Origin: Octopus sinensis
Taxonomy: Eukaryota
Length of the DNA stretch: 64,000 bases
Assembly: GCF_006345805.1 (NCBI RefSeq)
Contig: NC_043012.1
Span: forward strand, 55,862,001-55,926,000
Direction: 5' to 3'
Positions within the stretch are counted from its first letter, which is position 1. The number at the start of each line of letters is the position of its first letter. The position numbers and the translations under genes were made by a program. Shown one piece after another: positions 39,521 through 49,820 of the stretch. Below the pieces are notes generated by a model, which saw nothing but the letters and a program-made list of their open reading frames with translations, ran no database searches and was not told the DNA's origin.

Positions 39521-41128
39521 TCAGTCCTGCTTACCAGGAAACACTTAACTTATTAACTCTAATGTTGGATGGTTTTCCTAGTGTTGTGATCCTGCGATGT
39601 CGAAGTGTCGAAGGCTCTAAGACAGATGCCTTGCTGAAAACAATATATCTGTGTTTGCGCCTCCTCCCAAAATATCTAAAATTTTGTCGATGGGGCGTAG
39701 ATACAATATTATGTAATCTCTGCCACATAGAACATTATCTCAGTTGGGATTTTGGAATTGATGTCCTCTATGAAGCTGCTTGTTCTTGATCTCATTTCCC
39801 CTCAAATAATTTAATATGAGAGATAAATGAGACCAGGTGTTCGTTTGTTGTAAGCAGATTATTTCCTCTGTTAACTACGGTAGCAGATTGGGATAGAAAC
39901 TGTTATGGAATGTGTCTGTTTTCTCGAGCACCTAAGTTACTGGGACCAAAATAAACCAATACCGGTTGTCAAGCAGTGGTAGGGGGCCAAACGCAAAAGT
40001 GTCCAGGGATTTCCTGTATAGACTTTAGATAGACGAAAATACGTAACAGCATTCTTTAAGGACGCTAAAGGAGAATTTATGGGGACTTACTCAGCAGTAG
40101 GCCTCAGAGTCGTTAAAACGTGGGATAGAATGATTTGCAATATTCAATTCCACTTTCTGCTCTGTATCCAAGTCTCGTCGAAGCCACCTTTACTGCACAT
40201 TCTTTTAGAGTCAACAAAATAAAGTACCACCAGTCCCGAAAAGTTTTGAAGTATCTGTTCCGTTTTTTCGCATCCTGGGTTTAGATTCTGCCCAAGCATC
40301 AGTGGACAAAGGTAACCACCGGACTACGGATACATCTCGTCCAATTTACAATTAGTCAACATAGGTCTAATACCAGCATATTTAAGCCGGGAACAGCATG
40401 CAGAAGTTTTCTTCCAGCAGTAAATCGCAAAAATAACTGAATAAAATAGAAAAGTCGCAGAGTAGTGTTCCACCATAATTATCACCGCCATGATGTCCAG
40501 TGTACCGAATGATATACCAGAAGTGACAAGTTGGGGGCTATTTTCGTGGGACCACTAAAGGTAACGCAGTAGTACTTTTGGAGAATCTTCCCCATTCCGT
40601 TAGCATCATTGTGTACAATAATGCTTTCATTAATAACGGGGCGACAGATGAAACAGTGGCCTAATGTTTTTCGAGGGAAATGACTACAGCTTTTAGATTA
40701 AGTTAAATATCCTGTGCTATTTTTATTGTAAACATAGTTTTCATGTTTTGACAATGAAGTCTTTTATTACTTCTACATGCATTGTTGTATATTTTATGTG
40801 TGCATACGTATTCTCTTACTGATTGGAGTTTTAGAGTTTAATTTGATCGACCGTCTGTTTGAGGACAAGGGTGTAAAGAAAATATATTTTGCTAACGGAA
40901 AAACGCGTGCCGTTTTCTTCATCCTTTGCGCACACATTCACCATTTAGACGCTCTTGCAGATTTTTATAGTCTCAAACAGCCAAATCATCTGAGAAGGAT
41001 AAATTCTGGAATTATGTTCTTTCTCTAAAAATATAATTCCACCTGCTAACCTAATAACAATAACTATAAAGCTGAAAGTGTATTTTGGGCGCTGGCTTCA
41101 GTTATGTTAGTACGTGTGGAGGTATATA

Positions 41129-41581
41129 CCGTAAATCCTCGAGTATAGTCCGCCCTTGAGGATAATACGCAGGGGATTTTTTGGAGGCTGTACCTCTGAA
41201 AAACTTAAACGTTATGTATAATACGCGCCCCTTCTCTAACTTGAGTTATGCGTAAATAAGCCAGCAGCACCTAGTCGAACAAACACTTCCGCGTATGCGT
41301 AATACAATAATGGTGATGTTCTTAACTGTTATATGGGAATGTAAATATGTTTGCAAATTGTTTTTGTTACATGTTATTCTGTGTTTTGAATACTTTTATT
41401 TTAATAAATGTTGCTTACTGCAAGTTATGGATGATGGTATTTTCGCACCCGATATCACAAAATACGTTTGAATAAACATTACCGGACAGCAAATAGAAAC
41501 TCGGACATTGCTTAGAAAATATTTTTCATTTTTAACCTCGTATATAGTACGCACTAGGGAATTTTACTCGAGGATTTACGG
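41129..41581. mobile_element. pogo/Tc2-type MITE
   Basis: Perfect 17-bp TIRs CCGTAAATCCTCGAGTA (41129-41145, 41565-41581), flanked by TA on both sides, with subterminal repeats. Confidence 0.9.
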
Positions 41582-42096
41582 TAATTGTGTTGCACACTAT
41601 GTCTGACTGTAGCTGCAAAAATTCCATGATGAAATGAAGGCAAGTATCAGCGTGGGTGGTGTGCTCTCTGAATACCTGCAGTAAGAGGCACTCATCCTTG
41701 CCACACCCGCGTAAAAGGGTGAAGGTCCCTAGCAGGACTGAGTTGCTACATTCGTGTTGCTTATGTTTAAGCGGGCAATCAACTGACGGCATTGCTCGCA
41801 GTCATGTATGTATGTATGTATGTATGTATGTATGTATGTATGTATGTATGTACGAGCACTCGCACTCGCACACGCACACTCACGCACACTCACGCACACA
41901 TCACAGCATTTAATGCCTCGTATAAATACTGGTTTAAAGGTCTCATTCAAATCGTTTAAGAATTAGTTGTTCAGTAAGGTCAGGTTTATCTGAAAATAAA
42001 ATAAATTCTAATTTAAAGAAAACTATTTGAAGTGTTATCTAAGCATCGGAAAATATTTATTAACAGTGACAATGTAATGTAATCTTTTCTATTAGA

Positions 42097-42160
<64 letters not shown>

Positions 42161-42440
42161 TAAAAATACATCGACTATTGGGTGGCGTCGGTCTTCGTAA
42201 GTTTGTTGATAAAATTCGGAAATGTCTGACAAAATCCCTCCTCTCCCGTCTCTCCTTATGATAAAAAAAAAAAAAGCTTGTTCCGACTTCAAAATTTATT
42301 TCTTCGCCAAAATTAAGAAATAATCTTATGCTACCATAGAATCAGCAATGTAATAGGTCAGACATTAAGATCTCAGATAAAAACCAAAAAGACAAATATT
42401 AAGCATACCAAACTTATGATTAAAATGCTGTTGGTTTTAT

Positions 42441-42471
<31 letters not shown>

Positions 42472-42793
42472 CAACTGTGACAATGTTAGCAAGAATAAGA
42501 ACCGAAACCAAAGATCAAATGTCACATAATAAAAAATTAGTTATTCCTTACGTAAATATATATATATATATTAATATATATATATATATATTTCTTTATT
42601 GCCCACAAGGGGCTAAACATAGAGAGGACAAACAAGGACAGACAAAGGGATTAAGTCGATTACATCGACCCCAGTGCGAAACTGGTACTTTTATTTATCG
42701 ACCCCGAAAAGATGAAAAGCAAAGTCGACCTCGGCGGAATTTGAACTCAGAACGTAACGACAGACGAAATACCGCTAAGTATATATATATATA

Positions 42794-42860
42794 CTAGGGG
42801 TAGATAACGTGTCGCCATAAGGCGGGGTAGATAATATTACTAGGGGTAGATAATGTGTCT
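42794..42860 (-). mobile_element. Possible 3' end of a second Helitron family
   Basis: Minus strand CGCC-TTAT-GGCG hairpin ~15 nt before CTAG|T in a (TA)n context. The terminal ACTAGGGGTAGATAA is duplicated. The 5' end was not found. Confidence 0.35.
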
Positions 42861-43577
42861 CCATAATCACATCATTATAATATGTTGACCTTCCTTCTTT
42901 TGAGACACAGTAAGTTTATGAAAATTTTCTCTACTATTTCGTACCCATGTACCGTGTCATCGATCTTTTCTTTTCTTCATAATGTTGTAATAATACATTT
43001 GCCCCACTCCACTCGCTTTCAGTAATCACCAGTCCACCCGTCTACCCGTCCAGCTATGGGTGAATCGATAAGTTATTTCCAGTCAATGAAACTTACATAT
43101 TCATTCACCGGTAATCTGCAAGAGTGCATTAATATTGTAATTATATATATTTTATCGCCAGACATCTTATAATTTCATGGAATAAGTTTTCATTTTTTAT
43201 TTATCTATTTATTCTTTTATTCTCTTAATGGTTTCAGCCAGAGGCTGAAGCCATGCTGGAGCATCGCCTTTATCTTTTATCTTTTTTCAGTCATTCAACT
43301 GCCGCCATGCTGAGGCACCGCCTCGAAGGTTTTACTGGAATGAATAGACCACAGTACTTTCCTTTCTTTCTTTCTTTCTTTCTCTTTTGAGCCTGGTACT
43401 TATTCTACTGGTCTGTTTTCTCGAGCACCTAAGTTACTGGGACCAAAACAAACCAATACCGGTTGTGAAGCAGTGGTAGGGGGCCAAACGCAAAGTTACA
43501 CTCAGACACAGACAGATAGACACACACGTACATACATACATACACCACACATACACACACATATATGTATATATATA

Positions 43578-43973
43578 TCTTTATATATAAAAGAGAGGTT
43601 GTGTGCTGTCTGTCTTCTACGATTTAGATTCCTAACTACTCCCACATTTTGCGGTTGCAGTTTAACCAAAACCGGGTATCTTATAGTCGTGAGTCATATC
43701 GAGCCCTTCTGGGTATTAGCGCGCGTCTACGATGAGTCTACGATTAAAAAAAGAATTTACCATCAATTTTTCCCATTTTTAATGCATTTTTGGCATATAT
43801 AAGGGAAGTAACTCTCCAAAAATTTATTATTAATCTCAGAACATAAAAAGCTACTGTAACACCCCCCCCTTTGTGGTTAGCCATATTGAGATGGCTATTA
43901 TACATTACATCTCTAAAAATGCTTATTTAGTTATTTCCCTTACAAACCCGAGCAACGCCGGGCGATACTGCCA

Positions 43974-43974
<1 letters not shown>
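43578..43974 (+). mobile_element. Non-autonomous Helitron, same family as 36132-36519, with mutated 3' end (CCAA)
   Basis: A|TCTTTATATAT start, shared body, CCCGAGCAACGCCGGG hairpin. Confidence 0.85.
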
Positions 43975-44038
<64 letters not shown>

Positions 44039-44838
44039 CTAATGTAGGATAAAAATTTTTTCGAAAAAAATTTTATCAATGGCCAGCATATTAAAAAACA
44101 CCATTAAAGGTTAAATTTATAAACAACTTATAAATAAGGGCAAACGAAAAATTTCAAATGTCAAATATGCCGAAATTAGACACATTGTCCATAACCATAT
44201 AATTTATCACAATAAGCACGCTATTCGAAAAAAGTCGACAGAAATCTCTAGAGATTCGTTATCAGACAATGCAATAGCTGTGTTTATGCTTCGATCTTAT
44301 TGGTCCTCTGCAGCTAAATATAGTTAAACTCGAGCAATTGACAAAAGAGTTTTACTATACCTTGGGGGATTACAATGCTTCGTGGATTGTCAAAGATGGA
44401 ATTTCTTGATTAGAGATACGAAACCTGAACTTCTTAATTACTCTACATGTAATTTGCAAATTAGTAACTAATCATCTGGTATTAATGAAAGATTTTGAAA
44501 AAAGTCTTATTTATTAAATAGAACATTAAATTTCGTTGTAAGAAACATATTTTGCTTTATTATTTGAGTAGTAGTGAAAGGTTTTGCGAGGCTGCAGTGT
44601 GTGAACGCACCATTCTTGGATCTTTCGCGTAGCCGATTCCAAGAGAGATCGAGAGACAGTGACAGACAGAGGCACAGAAAGAGAGAGTAACAGAGAGAGA
44701 CAGACATACATACAGGCAGACAGAGATATATATATATAGAGAGGCTGAGAGAGAGAGAGACAGACAGACAGAGACACAAAAAGAGAAGTTGAGAGAGAGA
44801 GAGAGAGAGAGAGAGGCAGACACAGAAGCATAGAGAGG

Positions 44839-45255
44839 TAAGGCAGCGAGCTGGGAGAAACGTTAGTATGCCGGGCGAAATGTGTAGCCGTATTTCATCT
44901 GCCGTTACGTTCTGAGTTCAAATTCCGCCGAGGTCGACTTTGCCTTTCATCCTTTCGGGGTTGATTAAATACGTACCAGTTACGCACTGGGGTCGATGTA
45001 ATCGAATTAATCCGTTTGTCTGTCCTTGTTTGTCCTCTCTGTGTTTAGTTCCTTGTGGGTAGTAAAGAAATAGGTATATCGTCTGCTGCTACGTTCTGAG
45101 TTCAAATTCCGCCGAGGTCGACCTTGCCTTTCATCCTTTCGGGGTCGATTAAATAAGTACCAGTTACGCACTGGGGTTGATATAATCGATTCAATCCGTT
45201 TGTCTGTTCTTGTTTGTCCCCTCTGTGTTTAGCCCCTAGTGGGCAGTAAAAAATA
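44839..45255 (+). mobile_element. SINE dimer (head + 2 bodies)
   Basis: 15-bp TSD AGAAGCATAGAGAGG at 44824-44838 and 45256-45270. Confidence 0.85.
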
Positions 45256-45951
45256 AGAAGCATAGAGAGGCAGAGAGAGAGAGAGAAACAGAGAGAGGAG
45301 GGAGGAAATATCATGTAGTTCACTGGTACTTTATCGATGCCGAAGGGATTAAAGGTAAAGATGGCCTCGAACTTCGGTCACAAAGGCATCGTATCAGACG
45401 CGCTAACACATCTGTCACTTCGACAGTAAGACATTGAATGAAAAGAAAAGAAATATTGTCTGGCGATACGGGATCAGTATTATAATTATCATAATTATGC
45501 ATTCTGGCAGATTAATGGTGAATGAATATGTAATTTTTTTTTTATTGATTATGAATAACCTGTTGATTTGGCCGTCGTTACTGATGTATAAATGAACAAG
45601 ATGGGCGCCGGTGATTGGTAGAGTGAGGTTAGGGGCTAGGGTAGGGCAGGAAAGGGAATATTGCAGTAGTGGGGGTGGGGTGGAGAAGGGAAGAACAAAA
45701 GAGATCGATCGTAGAGTACACAGTGAATTATGAAGTCAGAAAGTAAAAACAACAAACAACAACAAAGACAAAGAGAGGTGATTCAGTGCGGGGCTGTTTG
45801 TGTTATGCAATTTTTATTAGAGATGCATAGGCACAGGTGTGGTCAGAAGTTTTCCTTCCCAACCACATGGTTCCGGGTTCAATCTCAATGTGTGCCACTT
45901 TTGAGTGAACGTATTCTCCTATCGTCTCGGACCGACCAAAGTAGTAGTAGC

Positions 45952-45985
<34 letters not shown>

Positions 45986-46023
45986 AAGCAGCAGCAGCAG
46001 CAACAGTAGTGGTAGTGGTAGTT

Positions 46024-46059
<36 letters not shown>

Positions 46060-46398
46060 TGAAGGCGCATGGCTCAGTAGTTAGAGCGTCGAGCATACGA
46101 TCGTGAGGTTGTGAGTTCGATTCTCGGACCGGGCAGCGTGTTGTGTTCTTGAGCAAGACACTTTATTTCACGTTGCCCCAGTTCACTCAGTTGTAGAAAT
46201 GAGTTGCGACGTTACAGGTGCCAAGCTGTATCGGCCCCTTTGGCTTTCCCTTGGATAACACTGGTGGCGTGGAGAACGGAGGCCGGTATGCATGGGTGAC
46301 TGCTGGTCTTCCATAAAAACAACCTTGCTAGGACTTGTGCCTGGGAGGGTAACTTTCTAGGTGCAATCCCACGGTCAGTCATGATCGAAGGGGGTCTC

Positions 46399-46431
<33 letters not shown>

Positions 46432-46743
46432 TGCAAAGCCATGATCAAAAGCGTTCCAGTTCCGTGGTTTCTAAGACGAATTTTGTCAAGGGATAAAAGT
46501 TTCATTACCTTTTCTCTTACTCTCCCCAAGGAAGTATTCGCGCCCGGCTACAATATATACGATGTGCTTCAACTCCCCTCCTGTCTCATAGACCCTGATC
46601 GTGACCGACCGTCTCATCTTATTTTCCAGCATAGAAACTATGTTATACTGTTTTTTACCTCTATTTTAAAAAAAATATACAGCTGAGTGTGATTTAAGGA
46701 AGATTTGGCTGCTATTTTTAGCGGGTTGTACGTTCACATAAAG

Positions 46744-46930
46744 TAGTGGCTCTCAACCAGGGTCCATATAAGAATTTGTTATTAAAATTTAACTGCAATA
46801 AATTGGTCATACTTCTACAACACACGAAATATTTAAACAATTTTTTTTATACATCAAATGGCCAGATAGGCACATCTGAGTAAATTAGGGACCATAAGGG
46901 TTCATAGATAAGAAATGATTGAGAAACTCA
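46744..46930. mobile_element. Possible degraded hAT/Charlie-type MITE
   Basis: TAGTGGCTCTCAACC at the left and GATTGAGAAACTC at the right resemble CAGTGGTTCTCAACC-type TIRs. No clear TSD. Confidence 0.35.
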
Positions 46931-47615
46931 TCTCTAGGAAAATTTGAAACTGCCCACTCTGTCGAACATAACCATGGTTTTATAAAATAAAAAATTCAGT
47001 ATATTCCTCAAAACTAACATGGTTCTACAGATTCTTAGGGACTTGCAATTCAGTTTGAACTATCAGGTTAAGCCGTAAGATCATAATTAAGTTTTAATTA
47101 AGTTTTATTATTAAGTTTATAATTAAAGTTTAAATGTTAATGTTTTTAATTAGGGTTTATAATTAAAAGTTAAGCATTAAGACTAAAAACAGTAATTTAA
47201 TATCAGTAAGATACTGCAGAATTAGTTAATTAAAAAGTCGTGTTTTTTTTTTCGGCACATCGGAGCTTCCATAGGTCTTATGCGTTCGCAATTAACCCCT
47301 GGTACTAAAAAATATTCCCAACCAACTCTGACGTTCAGACCCTTAGTTAGCTCATACTCCGTTTTATTATAGTATTCTATTATAAGTCCGATAAGTGTTT
47401 ACTCTTTTACTCGTTTCAGTCATTTGACTGTGGCCATGCTGAAGCACCGTCTTCAGTCGAGCAAATCGACCCCAGGACTTATTCTTTGTAAGCCTAGTAC
47501 ATATTCTATCGGTCTCTTTTGCCGAACCGGTAAGTTACGGGGTCGGAAACACACCAGCATCGGTGTCAAGCGATGTTGGGGGAGAAAGACAGACAGACAG
47601 ATAGACAGACAGACA

Positions 47616-47675
<60 letters not shown>

Positions 47676-47848
47676 ATATATATATATATAATATATATAT
47701 ACAATGGGCTTCTTTCAGTTTCCGTCTACCAAATTCAACTCACAAGGCTTTGGTCAGCCCGAGGCTATAGTAGAAGACACTTGCCAAAAGTGCCACGCAG
47801 TGGGACTGAACCCGGAACCATGTGGTTCGTAAGGAAGATACTTACCAC

Positions 47849-49776
47849 ACTGATGACGTAATATTCAAAGCCAACTACTACTGCTATTACTACTAGTTGG
47901 TTTTAGTTCTTTTGTTACATCACTATTTTTTATTCCATGTTTGGATATCTTGAAAAAGTAATTTAAAAAAAAAACTGGCTGAATGGCCAACACGCCTATC
48001 CTTGTCGACTTTTTCTGACTTATAACGTTCTGATTCAAATTCAGTTCAAGTCGACTTTAACTTGCATCTTTTCAGGGTTGATAAAATAAAGTAACAGTTG
48101 AGTACTGGGATCAATGTAATCGACTGTCACCCTTCCCCAAAATTTCAGGCCTTTTGCCTACATTAGAAAGGATTATATTATTCTTTCTAACAAAAAAAAA
48201 AAAAATATTGGTTTGTTCGGAAAGTTCATGCCGATTTTTAAAGGACAGAAAAAGGTCAATAAATACTTGCCATTACATTTTTAATCAACTAAATATGAAC
48301 CATTTTGTTGCACAATGCGTCTCCATCTTTCCTTTAACTTGAAAATACCCTCTTCCCAGAAGTGAGGTGGTTTCATGGCAAAGAATTCATCAAGGCATCT
48401 TTTTACATCATCCAAGGAATTGAATTTTTTACCATTAAGACTATTCTGCAGAGACCTGAATAAGTGGAAATCCGAAGGAGCAATATCTGGTGAATATGGA
48501 GGGTGAGGTAATACATCCCAGCCGAGCTGCAGCAATTTTTGCCTCCCAAAGCATCTAGTGCTGAAAATGAACTTTCATATCTTCCATTTTAAAGGGTTAC
48601 AGAATTAACACAGGTTATAGGAACATAAAGCGTCCACGAAAAGACAGCTTAAGCTGTGCTCTAAATGAAGGTGTAGTCAAATCCTATTTTATGGACTCAA
48701 CTATGTTCTAAAATAAGTCGAAAGCCAAGCTACTATAAGTCGGCACGAACTTTCCGGACAACCCAATAAATAAATAATTAAATAAACTGCCGATACTATC
48801 GAATTTACCTTTTATCCCTTCGGGTGCGATTTAATCGTATAACTCCTTTACCCTAAAATTCATGGCTTTCTGCTAAATCAGAAACAATTACATTGGTTTA
48901 GCTGGCCAAACGTTTGCATTTTGCTCAGTGGTACTCACTCCATTTCCAGCCACGTAATTCTGATGAGGGTAGGACAGAGTTTCCTTCCGGACATCGGGTT
49001 TTGGGAACCACAAGTCTCTCTACTGTCTATTTTCGTATGTTGGCTTTGCATAGTTAAATCGTAATAGATTTCGCAAACGGGCCATGGCAGAACAGTTTGA
49101 ACACAGGCTTGATGCTACATCACCACAACAACAGCAACAAAAGAAGCAAACTTTCTTCATGTTCATATGTGTGTCTTTAATGCAGAAAATATTGGAATAC
49201 AAAGAAACAGGAAAAAAAAGAGAGGTAAGAAAGGAAAAGAAAGAAAAGACAAAAGTGGGAGGGGGATAAAGTGGCAAAAGATGGAGAAAGGGGGGGAGAT
49301 GGGCCCCATGCACCAGAAAAATTGGCGTGTTCAGCCACATCGCCACACCCCGTTGAAATGACCGTGATGGCGCTGTCGCAGAAGAATGGCCAACACTCCC
49401 GGCAGCAGCCACTCCACCTCGTGGGGCTCATTTTCTCCGATGGGGCCACTGTTATTCTTATTTTGCGAAGGAAATCGATGGAGGCATTGCCCCCTCTCCT
49501 TGCATCTTATACTAATTTACTCCCCCTTCTTTTCTTTTTTTCCTTTCTTCTCTCTCTTTTCCCCGTTTTCTTTTTCGTATATATTCTGTATTAAAGAGAT
49601 TGCTATTAAATATGTCATAATAACCATAAACTACTACTACTTCTACTGATGACGTAATAATCAAAGTCAACTACTACTGCTATTACTACTAGTTGGTTTT
49701 AGTTTTGTTACATCACTATTTTTTTATTCCATGTTTGGTTGTCTTGAAAAAGTCATTTAAAAAAAAACTAGCTGAA
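47849..49776 (+). promoter_or_regulatory. Duplicated ~135-bp block (47849-47983 and 49645-49776) upstream of the TTC25-like ATG, each with a CRE/ATF-like TGACGTAA
   Basis: Near-identical ACTGATGACGTAAT...CTACTACTGCTATTACTACTAGTTGGTTTTTAG...GCTGAA. The proximal copy ends 44 bp before the ATG. The duplication is seen; a regulatory role is inferred only. Confidence 0.4.
48208..48766 (-). mobile_element. Internally deleted mariner element
   Basis: 30-bp TIRs (26/30 identical) flanked by TA. MEDMKVHFQH*MLW N-terminus (ATG at 48587) joined to RQKLLQLGWDVLPHPPYSPDIAPSDFHLF C-terminus. Confidence 0.95.
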
Positions 49777-49820
49777 AATACATTTGAACATTTTTTCCCC
49801 TTATTCTAATATTTTTCAAA

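Noticed and set aside
40390-40700. Hydrophobic, possibly membrane-protein-like translation on the minus strand
   Set aside because: It needs frame switching across stops and has no recognisable family motif.
49020-49649. Overlapping 60-130-aa ORFs upstream of the TTC25-like gene as 5' exons
   Set aside because: Low-complexity composition, no TPR or TTC25 similarity, and the main ORF already starts where TTC25 homology starts.
47850-49660. CTGATGA at 47850, 48960 and 49646 as hammerhead cores
   Set aside because: No matching stem II + GAAA + stem I arrangement follows.
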